Shown here in pieces: positions 48,908-59,532 of a stretch of DNA of 64,000 nucleotides (its first letter is position 1; every line of letters starts with the position of its first letter). Where the stretch lies: the IMG/VR virus record IMGVR_UViG_3300012665_000925, positions 63,624 to 127,623 of that record; one strand, given 5' to 3'. A model generated the notes under the pieces. That model had not been told where the DNA came from, searched no databases, and was given only the letters and a program-made list of their open reading frames with translations. Origin of the DNA: a virus. Made by a program: the position numbers and the translations under genes.

Positions 48908-49035
48908 CCGAACGGCAAGGGTAGGCGAGCATAACGGCTCGCCTATCCAGCCTCAACGGCAAGCCTAACGGCAAGCCTTGACAAGACTGACCCTAACTGG
49001 TAGGGTAGATAGAGCAACGGACGAAAGGAAAACAA

Positions 49036-49281
49036 ATGACCGATGTGCTTGACCGAGTGGAGAACTCCACTCAAACCGATAACGGACAGCCAATGGTTGC
49101 CCTGTATAACAAAGACGAACGCCTCGTAGGTATGGTGAACGGCTGGCGAGTTGCTGACGGAGTTATGGCGATAGACAGAACCATTCGCAGAGCAGTAGCA
49201 ACTTCCGAACTCTCAATGGCAGAACTGTTTGAGATTGACCAGCAAATCGCTAGACTTCGCGACTTGCGTGGAACTCTCTAA
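49036..49281 (+). CDS. hypothetical protein
   Basis: own promoter TTGACA; SD GAAAGGA. Confidence 0.55.
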   Translation: MTDVLDRVENSTQTDNGQPMVALYNKDERLVGMVNGWRVADGVMAIDRTIRRAVATSELSMAELFEIDQQIARLRDLRGTL

Positions 49282-49444
49282 ACCTTGACCCTCAACTTCG
49301 GTTGGGGGTTTCGGCTAGGGGGTTCGTATTCGTTTTTTCCCTAGACAGAAACGCTTGGGTCTTTGCCTAACGCAAAATGTCGGGGGTATGGTTTATTATT
49401 GAGATGTTGGTGAAATCCAGTAGTCAACAAGGAGAACGATACAG

Positions 49445-49660
49445 ATGCTTCCAGACGAAGTAATCAAACTAAGCAACACGCTAAAAGCCTACAAGCGAGT
49501 AATCGCTGACCTAGAAAGTCAGGCAGACACATACGAACCAAACGCACTTGACGACACCCTAGCCAAACTCACCCATAGGGTTTGGGAGATTGAGAATGTT
49601 TGGGGAGATGAGTTGGAGAAACTAGAAGCCAGCAAATCGCGACACCCTAGCAACAACTAA
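49445..49660 (+). CDS. hypothetical protein
   Basis: cassette ORF. Confidence 0.55.
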   Translation: MLPDEVIKLSNTLKAYKRVIADLESQADTYEPNALDDTLAKLTHRVWEIENVWGDELEKLEASKSRHPSNN

Positions 49661-49846
49661 CAACTTCACACTAAGGAACGCACTCGCGGAAACGCGGGTG
49701 CTTTTCTTTTACGCGGACTTGTATTCGTTTTTTCACTGAAGCACGCGGAACAAAAAACTACTAATGCGAAGTTGGCAAATTGTCGGGGGGTGCGTGGTAT
49801 ACTTGGAGAGTAGTCAAGTTCGGCTACACGGAAAAGGGAGATACAA

Positions 49847-50173
49847 GTGGCGACACTAATCACACACGCGGAAGCAAAGCAACAACTCAAAGACGAATGG
49901 TCTTGGCTGAAAGACACCAAGCACATTCGGGACGAAGTTAGGCAGATGTCTAACTCAAACCTACCAATCTACACAGCAGACATAATCAAAGTTTGGACTG
50001 AACTGCCACACGAATACAGCAACAAGTTTTCTGAAATTCGTTCGGCTGGCGAATGGCTGGACTTCACCATTCAAGATTTGATGAATGACGACCTTTGGTT
50101 GTATTACGACTTTGTGTTTTCTGGTGCGTTGTCTGAACTCGCCGAAGAACTCGGGATAAGTCTGGACGACTAG
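49847..50173 (+). CDS. hypothetical protein
   Basis: cassette ORF, SD AAAGGGAG. Confidence 0.55.
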   Translation: MATLITHAEAKQQLKDEWSWLKDTKHIRDEVRQMSNSNLPIYTADIIKVWTELPHEYSNKFSEIRSAGEWLDFTIQDLMNDDLWLYYDFVFSGALSELAEELGISLDD

Positions 50174-50345
50174 CAACACGACTAAGAGAACTCGCTGGCT
50201 CACGCTGGCGAGTTTTTCTTTGCTCGCTGGTTGTGTATTCGTTTTTTCCGTGGCACGCAAACACGGGAGCAGATGAGTTTGCTTTGTGGGGTGGAGTGTG
50301 CAATAATTGTCTTGTTGCCAAAAGTATTGGCACGAAAGGGAAGAA

Positions 50346-50735
50346 ATGATTACACAGACAATAGACGCTTACACGCTTGACCAGCCAGAAGTTCAGAGCC
50401 GAATTATTTCGGAGATTGACACAGACGGAGTTTTCTGGGCATACGCCGAAGTGTTTGAAAATGGCGAGTGGGTTCGCGATGACGCGGTAGTTTCTTATCA
50501 AAGGGACGAAGTTGTTGTCAGGGACATTCGCTTTGACACGGACGCATTGGAATACTTTGCCAATCAGGGCATAGTTCCTAAGCACAAGTGTCCAAACTGC
50601 TCGGGATACATTCCGAACAACGACCACATTGGAGCATACTCGGGGGCTATCTCACGCAGGGACAGCACCATTGAGATTTGCTCGGCTTGTGGAACGCGAG
50701 AAGCCTTGGAAGATTTCCTAAAAGCCAAGGCGTAA
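50346..50735 (+). CDS. hypothetical protein with C-terminal zinc finger
   Basis: CPNC..AISRRD..EICSACG.REA. Confidence 0.6.
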   Translation: MITQTIDAYTLDQPEVQSRIISEIDTDGVFWAYAEVFENGEWVRDDAVVSYQRDEVVVRDIRFDTDALEYFANQGIVPKHKCPNCSGYIPNNDHIGAYSGAISRRDSTIEICSACGTREALEDFLKAKA

Positions 50736-50979
50736 AAAACTTGTGGCGAGAGTTATCCCCCTTTCTCTCGCCACTTGGGCGTGAACATTCCGTCAAAGCA
50801 GAACGGCAACCTTATCCCCTTTCGGTTGCCGTTTTGTTTTACGCCGTGGAGTATTCGTTTTTTCACGAAGGCACGGAAAAAGCGAAAGGACAACTTCGCA
50901 TTAGTGTTGCGAAGTTGCGAATGTCGGTGGACTATGGTAAGTTTGTCTTATGATGAAATACATCAGAAAAGGGAGCAAG

Positions 50980-51411
50980 ATGAAATTAGAAACAACTATT
51001 ACCTCACAGTGCGTTTGCGAAAAGGTGGACGAAAATGGCGAGGGAGTATTGGACGAACAAGGCGAGGCTATACCTGCTGACGACTGCCGATACGACTGCT
51101 ACGAAGAACAGGTATACGACTTCACGGATAACATTCTGCCTTACTGGTTGGAAGCCAAAGGAATTATGGCAGACAGTCCAGTCCGTATTCTCGGCTCGGG
51201 TATGACTTGGCGTGGAGTATCAGGACACTCTGACACTTCTGCACGGGGAATTGTAAAGGCACTGGAGTTTGGAAACGACTTCACACTTCGCATTACTTAC
51301 GATGACGAAACTCACGACCTAAACATTGTTCGCTCAAGCCACGATGAATACGGAGCAAGTTTCTCTGTTGTGCCACAACCTATTGAAGACGATGATACCG
51401 AATGGGAGTAA
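50980..51411 (+). CDS. hypothetical protein
   Basis: cassette ORF. Confidence 0.6.
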   Translation: MKLETTITSQCVCEKVDENGEGVLDEQGEAIPADDCRYDCYEEQVYDFTDNILPYWLEAKGIMADSPVRILGSGMTWRGVSGHSDTSARGIVKALEFGNDFTLRITYDDETHDLNIVRSSHDEYGASFSVVPQPIEDDDTEWE

Positions 51412-51692
51412 GGTTTGCTGACCCGATGACTCTCACGGACGAACAGATAGACGAGATGATTAGAGAGTCTTCGGCGTCCACGGGACTTATCATCTACGAC
51501 TCTGACCCTATTGAATACTTCTAGCGAGAACGCCAACTTCGGTTGGCGTTTTTGTTAGCCCGAACTCGTATTCGTTTTTTCCCCTGGCCTTCGTCATCTT
51601 CACGCCACTAATGCTAAGTTGTAAAAAATGTCAGGGGTCTAGGGTAAGATAGTTATTAGTTGGACATACCAACAGAAAAGGGCTGATACAAA

Positions 51693-52268
51693 ATGCACCA
51701 CCCAACCACACTAGAACAAGTAGACATTTGCAAGAATGGACACGATGTTAGCGACAAAGAAAAATCTCTCTACTTCCGAGTAGACAACAGAACCAAACAA
51801 GTAACTACTGCTTGTAAGGCTTGCCAAAAAATTGCCGTAGACAGACTTCGGGAAAGTAATCGCAAGCCTAGAAAGTTGCCTATCTCACTTTTGGAAAGGG
51901 ACACTTGCAAAAAGGGACACGACATTAGGGACAAGGACGCAAGCCTTTACATCTATGTAACTTCGGATAAGGCTAAGAACCCTAACCACACCTACCTAAA
52001 ATGTCGTGAGTGCCACAAGGACAAGAGCAGGGCATACGCCTACGCCAATGGCCTTGTAAAGCAACCACGAACAAACAAGGTTGATTGGACAGCACTACGA
52101 GCAAAGAACGATGCCGACAACAAGGCACGCCTAGCACAGCAACCACCAAGACTAGTCAAGATTGCCGCATTAGGCGAAGCCTTACGGAACGAGATTTACG
52201 CCTTGCTGAAAACCTATGACGACACAGCACTAATGGAACTCTTGCTAGAACTTCGCAAGCGACCATAG
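51693..52268 (+). CDS. CxxGH zinc-finger repeat protein
   Basis: two CK.GHD...C..C modules as found in HNH-associated actinophage proteins. Confidence 0.65.
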   Translation: MHHPTTLEQVDICKNGHDVSDKEKSLYFRVDNRTKQVTTACKACQKIAVDRLRESNRKPRKLPISLLERDTCKKGHDIRDKDASLYIYVTSDKAKNPNHTYLKCRECHKDKSRAYAYANGLVKQPRTNKVDWTALRAKNDADNKARLAQQPPRLVKIAALGEALRNEIYALLKTYDDTALMELLLELRKRP

Positions 52269-52731
52269 CCACCGAGAAAGAGCAGACCCGAAAGGGTCTG
52301 TTTCTTTTTTGGCACGGGGGTATTCGTTTTTTCCTGACGCAAAAACTCTCGGGAAGAAATGGAAAGTTTTTAGGTTGTATTAGGTATGAGCATAAAGAAA
52401 GGAGGTGGCACTATGAGTGAAGAGCAAGACAGATTGCTAAATCCAAAGTTTGGACTGAACACCGATACGCCAGATGTAAAGGGTTTCCTAACTTGGCTAT
52501 TCAATCCAGAAGTGGATAAAGCCTACGAGCAGTTCATCAAGGACACCAGCGAAGACGCCGAGTAGGCGTTTGGTTAGGCAGGACTAACAATCCTGCCTTT
52601 CGCCTTACGCACGGAAAGTATTCGTTTTTTCCGCAGCAAACAACTCACTAATAAATGAACTTGTGTTTGTAGTTGGATAGCAGTAAACTCGGAGTAGAAC
52701 CAAAAGGGTTGGTTCAGAAAAGGGAAACGAA

Positions 52732-53118
52732 ATGATTGACTGGGACGCAGTAGAAGACGCAGTAGAAGACGCTAAGGGAATTGCGTTTGACACTTGCCAC
52801 AAGATTTACGTGCTTATGGACGATGAGCAGGTTGCTCTAATGCGTGAGTATGAATACGAAGAAATCAGAACGACAGAAGACCAGACACCGAGCGAGATGT
52901 TGGAAACGCTGAAAGATTGGTTCTCTAAGTCTTGCGGACTGAAATTCATAGAAGCAGTGGAAACTAATCACGAAGACCCGAACGCGGGCTTTACAACTTT
53001 GATTGGGCAGTTTGACCAAGACGATTGTGAAGATTGTGGCGAGAGTGGTTGTGCTGGCGTCTGTAATGACGATGAAGACGAAGACGAAGAAGACGAAGAA
53101 GAAGACGAAGACGAGTAG
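52732..53118 (+). CDS. acidic hypothetical protein
   Basis: IAFDTCHKIYVLMD; D/E tail. Confidence 0.6.
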   Translation: MIDWDAVEDAVEDAKGIAFDTCHKIYVLMDDEQVALMREYEYEEIRTTEDQTPSEMLETLKDWFSKSCGLKFIEAVETNHEDPNAGFTTLIGQFDQDDCEDCGESGCAGVCNDDEDEDEEDEEEDEDE

Positions 53119-53291
53119 TCAAATCTGATTGGAAACGCTCACCGAAAGGTGGGCGTTTTCTTTTGCCGAAGCACGGGCGTATTCGTTTTTTCCGTTGTCC
53201 TATTTTCGCTGGCGTGCCGATTTGACCTTGCGAAGAATAACTGGTATCCTGACCTTGTAATCAAAAGATTACATAAACGAAAGTGGGAACT

Positions 53292-53558
53292 ATGAACATC
53301 GCACCAGAGCAGTATGCCGAAATGGTAATCGCAAAAGCATACAAGGTTGAGAACACATACAACTTGGCACGGGCTATCGCGAGAGTTGCCGACAAGTATG
53401 CCAAGTGGGCTATGGTAGCCAGCGACAGAATGACTTGGGCACTTGTGGGAGATGAAGAACGCGACAAGTCCGTAGAACTTAGCCAGCACGAAGCGTGGGT
53501 CAAGTGTGAAGCGTATCGCCTAGCGTTGATTACTCTCACGGACAAACTGCCAAAGTAG
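53292..53558 (+). CDS. hypothetical protein
   Basis: cassette ORF. Confidence 0.55.
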   Translation: MNIAPEQYAEMVIAKAYKVENTYNLARAIARVADKYAKWAMVASDRMTWALVGDEERDKSVELSQHEAWVKCEAYRLALITLTDKLPK

Positions 53559-53766
53559 TCCAGAGAACACAAGCAAACTCTCTCACGGCAAGTGGGGGAG
53601 TTTTCTTTTGGCGTGGGCTTGTATTCGTTTTTTCCTGCCCGCCGTTTCGTGTCGTGATTGGATTTGCTATTGTCGGGGGATAGGAGTAAGATTAGGAATG
53701 TAATCGGAAGTCAAGGCAATCCCGCCAAGTCAAAGATTATGAACCACAAAGTAAAGGGACGATACT

Positions 53767-54126
53767 ATGGCTACATCAGCCAAAACCCGCACCACCGCAG
53801 TAGCAGTTGCTCCTGCGTCCACCACCGAAAACACTCGCAAGGTGTCTAAGGTTCTAGTTGCTAAGGTGAACGAAATGGCTCACCTACGCACCGAGATTGC
53901 CCGCTTGGAAAAGTTGGCTGGCTCACTCCGCAAGGAAGTCCTAGCCGAAGTTGGCTCTGACCCTGTTGTGCTAATCCACAACAACATCAAGGTTGCGAAG
54001 TTGTCGGTCGTAATCACCGAGCGTCCTGACCTAGACGCACTCCGCACCGCCTACCCTGACGCTTGGGACGCCGTGAAATACGACAGCCCTGCCGTCAAGA
54101 TTTCGGTAATCCACGAAGTCATCTAG
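53767..54126 (+). CDS. hypothetical protein
   Basis: cassette ORF, SD AAAGGGA. Confidence 0.6.
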   Translation: MATSAKTRTTAVAVAPASTTENTRKVSKVLVAKVNEMAHLRTEIARLEKLAGSLRKEVLAEVGSDPVVLIHNNIKVAKLSVVITERPDLDALRTAYPDAWDAVKYDSPAVKISVIHEVI

Positions 54127-54325
54127 GCACTAGCCACCGAGCCACCTAGCCCGCAAGGGTTAGGTGGTTTTGGCGTTCCCGCCGAATGACCCGCCCGCCA
54201 GATGTATTCGTTTTTTCCTGCTCTGGATACGGACTGGCGTGGCGATTTGTAATTGTCGTAGGCAACTGGTAGGCTTTGAGTATCAACAAAAGTTGATAAC
54301 TCACCGAACAAAGGGGCTACACAAA

Positions 54326-54673
54326 ATGGTTGCTGGAATTGTAATCACCACTCAGGACGACCTAGTGGAAATGGAAGAACTCTCATACGAGAGCATTAGC
54401 AAGGCAGTAGGCGGATACATTCAACTCGTTCCAATGAGCGGAGTGTTCGCAGGGTTCTCTATGTATCTACACGAAGAGGGCAAGTTGATTGGACTTCCAT
54501 TCAACGACTGGGCTACCGCAGTCTGGGAAAAGGCTTGGGGTGTAGGCACGGACTACATTCTGGGAGATGTTGTAATCGTGAACTCGCAGACTGACGGCGA
54601 CGGAAACGAACTTCCAATTAGCGAAGAACAAAAGGCAGAGTTCCTAAAGAACTTCGCCAACGCCGTAGCGTAA
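54326..54673 (+). CDS. DUF3846-like protein
   Basis: VGGYIQ, EEGKLIGLPFN..AT, I.GDVVI. Confidence 0.75.
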   Translation: MVAGIVITTQDDLVEMEELSYESISKAVGGYIQLVPMSGVFAGFSMYLHEEGKLIGLPFNDWATAVWEKAWGVGTDYILGDVVIVNSQTDGDGNELPISEEQKAEFLKNFANAVA

Positions 54674-54835
54674 AGCGTTCGGGTGGTTAGGGAAACCTAG
54701 CCACCCACTCGCTTCGGCAGGGCAGTATTCGTTTTTTCCGTGCGGACTAGACACACGGGGAATTGGTTCTTTACTTTGTCGGTGGTATCTGGTAGGCTTC
54801 TAGTAGTTGGAAAGTATCCAACTGAAAGGGAAGTT

Positions 54836-55042
54836 ATGAAGTATGTAATTCGTAGAGCAGTCTTAGGGGCTGTCGCAACACCACTAGTCGCTGGTGCTTG
54901 GGTTCTATTCACTGCCGTTCTAATTGGGCTGGGTGCTGAACCAAGTGCGAGTGTAAACCAAGTCTGGACTGACGGACTATGGCTGGGAGCAATCACGGCT
55001 GTTCTGTTCACTTTTGGACCACTACTCACTAAGGAAAACTAG
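54836..55042 (+). CDS. small membrane protein
   Basis: two TM helices. Confidence 0.55.
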   Translation: MKYVIRRAVLGAVATPLVAGAWVLFTAVLIGLGAEPSASVNQVWTDGLWLGAITAVLFTFGPLLTKEN

Positions 55043-55484
55043 TGAAGTATTTTCTGGCAGGGCTAGGGGCTTACTCCATTGGAGTAGGCTCTTGGTTCTA
55101 CTCAATCAACCAAACACCGAACTCTCTGCTCGTTGGCTGGTTCTTGGGTCTGCTCTTGCTCATTGGCTCTATGGCTCTATTCATTGGCGATAAGAAATGA
55201 CTAGGGAAGTATTGCTGGTTCTGGTTCTAGCGTTGCTCGTTGGCTCATCTATCTTGCTGGGCTGGTGCTTACACGCTTGGCACACACGACCACGCTATCG
55301 CCGTAAACGCCGTTAGTAAAAAGTCCCCCCGAGAAATCGGGGGTTCTTTCTTGCTGGGGTGATGTATTCGTTTTTTCCTAGCAGTCGTGCCGTGATTCGC
55401 TTTTGTCGCTGGAGTATGGTAGACTCCTAGTATCAACACTTCGTTGATGATTGACAATTCAATAGAGCAAAGGGGTTGAGTCTT

Positions 55485-55814
55485 ATGACTGAACAAACTT
55501 ATCTTCCAAGTTCCTACGAAATTTGGAGTGGCGGTGGCGACTTCACGGATATTGTGTGTGAGGAATGTGCCGTCAAGTTCGCCGAGGAAAACAAGTTAGT
55601 GTGGCGTGGCAACAAGTCCACTGACTCGTTCACCGAGGACTCCGAAGAACTAGGTGCTGGGGCAAGTTGTATTCCGTCCTACGCCCTAGGCGAGTCTGAT
55701 TACCCGCACTCGTGTTGTGAAGTCTACCTAGAGACGACACTCACGACTTATGGTGAGCAGGAACTTCGGGAGAACTTCCCAGACTGGGTAATCAAACTTT
55801 ACCTAGGCGAGTAG
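55485..55814 (+). CDS. hypothetical protein
   Basis: cassette ORF with CEEC. Confidence 0.55.
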   Translation: MTEQTYLPSSYEIWSGGGDFTDIVCEECAVKFAEENKLVWRGNKSTDSFTEDSEELGAGASCIPSYALGESDYPHSCCEVYLETTLTTYGEQELRENFPDWVIKLYLGE

Positions 55815-55978
55815 CGAGAATCCTCGCTCCCTTCGGGGGGGCGGGGATTTTTTCTTATCACGGAGTCGTATTCGTTTTTTTACTTTGCTAATCACTAGAC
55901 TTGACTTTGTCGGGGCGTTAGAGTAAAGTGAGAGTATCAAGTTCAACAAGGGACTTGATAAATGCCTAAGGGGGCAAA

Positions 55979-56206
55979 ATGTCTACATCAGACACGCACC
56001 ACATTCCAGTCAAAGTGGGGTTCACCACTATGTTCGTCAAGAACAATAGTTCTGCTCTACTCCAGTCGCTTAGCGAGGACGAACTAATCGCTATCGTCTA
56101 TGCTCTCAATGAGCGTAGCGAGCGAGTGTCGGCAGACTACTCAATCTTCTTGGGGCTAGTCGCAGACAAACTTGCCAGTCTGACTGACCACGACTTCACC
56201 GAGTAG
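55979..56206 (+). CDS. hypothetical protein
   Basis: cassette ORF. Confidence 0.55.
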   Translation: MSTSDTHHIPVKVGFTTMFVKNNSSALLQSLSEDELIAIVYALNERSERVSADYSIFLGLVADKLASLTDHDFTE

Positions 56207-56511
56207 CCACTACTCCAAAAGAACCCCCGCCTAACCCGCGGGGGTATTCTTTTGTCCAAATTGAACCCGCAGAACGCCCGCTGACGGACTTTTAGCGTCC
56301 AGAACGTCTACTGACCCGTCCAGCACCCTTAGACCCGTCTACGGGCGTCCTAGGGCGTTCTAGGTGTCTACCCTTTGATACGGGGGCATACAAAAGCACC
56401 ATTGAGCGTGCGGGGACGATGTATTCGTTTTTTCCAGCTGCTAGCACTCCAATTCGCTTTTGTCCGTGGCTTGGTGTAGACTGGATGTATCAAGTCCAAT
56501 AAGGGGGCAAA

Positions 56512-56946
56512 ATGAGCGAGCAAGAAGTAGCCATCAGCATTGAGTATGAAATCATACTGCGACTAGCAGAACCATACTTTCTCAAAAGAATTGAACCAGT
56601 AGGTAAGTGTATGGTTTGGCACGGACCATTCAAGCAAGAAGTTACGCATAGAAAACCCGTGATTAGGAAGTCCGTGCCAACTAACCAGACACGTTCAGCG
56701 TCCCGCTATGCGTGGGAATTGCTCTACCCAGAACTACCAGAGCATAGAAAACTCCGTTACACTTGCGGAAACGATTTGTGTGTAGCCCCAGAGCACCAAG
56801 AAATCATTCAGGATAGTTGTCCTAAGGGGCACGAAATGACTGACGCAAACAAATACCTAGTCAAACTAACTAATGGCTTCACCACCTACACTTGCCGTGT
56901 CTGCGTTACCACCGCCCACAAAGCGAAAAGAAAAGCCAAGAAGTAG
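56512..56946 (+). CDS. HNH-endonuclease-like protein (possibly degenerate) with CxxGH finger
   Basis: CMVW.G, R.AWE, TCGN.LCV.PEH, CPKGH...CRVC. Confidence 0.7.
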   Translation: MSEQEVAISIEYEIILRLAEPYFLKRIEPVGKCMVWHGPFKQEVTHRKPVIRKSVPTNQTRSASRYAWELLYPELPEHRKLRYTCGNDLCVAPEHQEIIQDSCPKGHEMTDANKYLVKLTNGFTTYTCRVCVTTAHKAKRKAKK

Positions 56947-57108
56947 GTAGACCACCAACCAGCAACCCCACGGACGCAGGATAAGCGTATTCGTTTTTTC
57001 CTCAGCTTCGGACTCAACTTCGTATTAGTTTGCTTTTGTCGGTAGCCCGTGGTAAGATTTAGGTATCAAGTAAACCACTTGATTTGAAAACTAAACAAAG
57101 GGAGAGCA

Positions 57109-57318
57109 ATGAGTTCAATTCAACTAGTTCCCGCCTACGGGCGCGACTACAAGAACCAGCGTGAAGTCCAAGAAGCGTGGGACGCTAACAAGGACTTTTG
57201 GACTGCTGATATGTTCAATGGCTACGGCACTGCGACTAACAAGCAGGACTGCGATGCTATGGCAATGCGAGTAGTTATTCGCTACGCTAACGGCTTGAAA
57301 CTATACGCCGTCAAGTAA
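57109..57318 (+). CDS. hypothetical protein
   Basis: PAYGRDYK....W...KDF motif. Confidence 0.6.
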   Translation: MSSIQLVPAYGRDYKNQREVQEAWDANKDFWTADMFNGYGTATNKQDCDAMAMRVVIRYANGLKLYAVK

Positions 57319-57453
57319 AGCCACGGGGTTAGGTGTCCCCCCACACCTAGCCCCGTTTTACTTTTGTCGCGGGACGTATTCGTTTTTTCCTCGGCCGTGA
57401 ACGCTGTGGTGAATGGATTTGCTTTTGTCGGTGGGTGGGTGTAGTATCTAGGT

Positions 57454-57666
57454 ATGGATACAAACACACAATTAGAAAACGCACTCAACGCGGTCGCCGA
57501 AATTGACGCCCGCCTTGACCTAGCCAAGCCCCTTATGGATTTGGCTATTGACCTCACTAATGCGGCTTCAAGGCTGTATAGCGTGGGCAAACTAGACTGG
57601 GCAAACGAAACCCTTGCTATGGCAAATAAGGTTCTGGAACTCGCTAACAAGCACCTAACCGCCTAG
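57454..57666 (+). CDS. hypothetical protein
   Basis: leaderless after TAGTAT. Confidence 0.55.
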   Translation: MDTNTQLENALNAVAEIDARLDLAKPLMDLAIDLTNAASRLYSVGKLDWANETLAMANKVLELANKHLTA

Positions 57667-57785
57667 TCCCCCGAAACTAACCCGTCAGCGTTCCCCCTAA
57701 CGCTGGCGGGTTTTTTCACGCACGGGCTACTCACGGCAACGTATTCGTTTTTTCCGTAGGCCAGAAAAAAAATTGGCGTGGCGAT

Positions 57786-57814
57786 TTGCTTTTGTCGGTG
57801 GTGGCCTGTATACT
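57786..57814 (+). promoter_or_regulatory. representative cassette promoter
   Basis: TTGCTT-TTGTC..-N17-TATACT; consensus TTG(C/A)(T/C)T-TTGTC-N12-TA(G/A/T)(A/G)(C/A)T recurs in about 30 cassettes. Confidence 0.85.
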
Positions 57815-57857
57815 TAGAGAGTAGTCAAGAAAGGCTACCTAAGCAAAGGGAAAAGAA

Positions 57858-58088
57858 ATGAACGGATTACAAGCAAGACTTCTAGTCATTAGCCTAGAAA
57901 CCGAAATCAAGTCGGAAGGAAACTTCCAGATGACCCGCGAGCCAGCAATGCGTTCACTCGGTCGCCTAATGGGAATTGACGCTTACGCAACATTCGGTCG
58001 TGGCGTCAAGGGTCGCCAGAAAGCGTTGGAGTGGCTCAAGGGAGCAATCGCAGACGCGGAAGCCGAACACGGAGCAGACGCGTTCTAA
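57858..58088 (+). CDS. hypothetical protein
   Basis: cassette ORF. Confidence 0.55.
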   Translation: MNGLQARLLVISLETEIKSEGNFQMTREPAMRSLGRLMGIDAYATFGRGVKGRQKALEWLKGAIADAEAEHGADAF

Positions 58089-58277
58089 TCAGGAGTGAAG
58101 CCCCTGGCCCGAAAGGGTCGGGGGTTTTCTAATTTTTTTCTGGCAGGGGTATTCGTTTTTTCCGTCAGGGTCGGGGGACGCGGTGTGGCGATTAGGAATT
58201 GTCGTAAGGGTATGGTAAACTTCTATTAGTTGGAAGTTAGCGAATGTCTAACTCAACTGAAAAGGGAGTTGAACCAA

Positions 58278-58565
58278 ATGGCAAGAATGCCTAGTGTTTC
58301 AAAGATTGAGAAGAACGATTGGTGGACGAAGTTTGAAAGTGGCTTAGTCAAGGTTGAAGTTGCGGAAGTATTCCTAGTCAACACAATTGGTAGCACCTAT
58401 GAAATCGCTGAGTGGGATACGCACGGAGCGTTTCCAGCAGACTTCTATCGCATCACCAATGTTCGCACTAACAAGAAGAAAATCTTCTGGGGAGAAACAG
58501 CGTGGATGGACGCACGCCGTTTCGCAAGCGACCTAGACTTTGCGGCGTGGAGCAGTATCGGATGA
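58278..58565 (+). CDS. hypothetical protein
   Basis: cassette ORF; FWGETAW.DA.R. Confidence 0.55.
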   Translation: MARMPSVSKIEKNDWWTKFESGLVKVEVAEVFLVNTIGSTYEIAEWDTHGAFPADFYRITNVRTNKKKIFWGETAWMDARRFASDLDFAAWSSIG

Positions 58566-58856
58566 GCGAACCACTAAGCCCTTGCTGTAAAGCAAACTAC
58601 TTGTGGCTCACTTGCGATGAATGCGAGCAAAGTGGAGAGGCTCACGACTTCGCGACTTGCTCCAAATGCGGAGCAGACATAGACGACTAAGAAGAAAGGC
58701 TCTCGCAGAAATGCGGGAGTTTTTTTCTGGACGCGAGGTGTATTCGTTTTTTCCGCTACGACACACTCGGGGCGATTACGATTTGCTTTTGTCCTACCCG
58801 AGTGGTATGCTTATGGTATAGCCAGAAAGTCTGGCTAGAAATGAAAGGGAAACCAA

Positions 58857-59078
58857 GTGAGCAAACATCACGAAGTTCTAGAAGTTCAGAAGTCAATGAT
58901 TGCTATCCACGATAGCCGAGACAAGTTGGCTAAGGAAGTTATGGCAGGTTTGGGAAACGGCGACAACCTTGCTGGTATCAACCTAGACACGCTAACCAAG
59001 TTCGCTAGAGAAGTTATCAAACTAAACAAAGAGTTTGAGATTTTGTCAGCACAGCACAAGGAACTAATGGGCTACTAG
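58857..59078 (+). CDS. hypothetical protein
   Basis: cassette ORF. Confidence 0.55.
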   Translation: MSKHHEVLEVQKSMIAIHDSRDKLAKEVMAGLGNGDNLAGINLDTLTKFAREVIKLNKEFEILSAQHKELMGY

Positions 59079-59292
59079 CAACAAGCCCGAGAAACCCTCA
59101 ACCGAAATGGTTGGGGGTTTTCTTTTGCCCTACGGCTTAGTGAGAAGTGGGATGACGCGGGATGGTATTCGTTTTTTCCCCGACATCTCAACACTCGCAG
59201 AATGAACTTGCGTGTGTCGGTGGATTGGTGTAAACTGAAGTGGTAGTCAGGAGAGCAAGGGGCTTGAGGGCTACAAAAGGGAAGGGTCAGAA

Positions 59293-59532
59293 ATGACTAA
59301 GATTGTTCTAACATCTACCTCTACTGGTCAGCGTGGTCAGAATGGGAAGAAGAAGGTTTACGAGATTATCGTAAACGGTCGTTCGGTTGAGGTTCGCTGG
59401 GGCAAAGCGGAAGAAGACCAGCGACAGGCACAGACTAAGTTCTTTGCGTTTGACTGGCAAGCACAGCAGTTCGCATTGGAGAAGAAGTGGGAGAAGGTTG
59501 AGAAGGGCTACACAGTAGCCTACACCGCCTAA
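59293..59532 (+). CDS. stand-alone WGR-domain protein
   Basis: KKVYEI.V.G..V.VRWGK...Q.K.F...A......K.EKGY. Confidence 0.75.
   Translation: MTKIVLTSTSTGQRGQNGKKKVYEIIVNGRSVEVRWGKAEEDQRQAQTKFFAFDWQAQQFALEKKWEKVEKGYTVAYTA

Noticed and set aside
48910-48978. AACGGCAAG short repeats after ssb
   Set aside because: Three local copies only, adjacent to a terminator; too weak to assign a function
53070-53115. GAAGAC tandem repeat
   Set aside because: Simply encodes an acidic D/E tail
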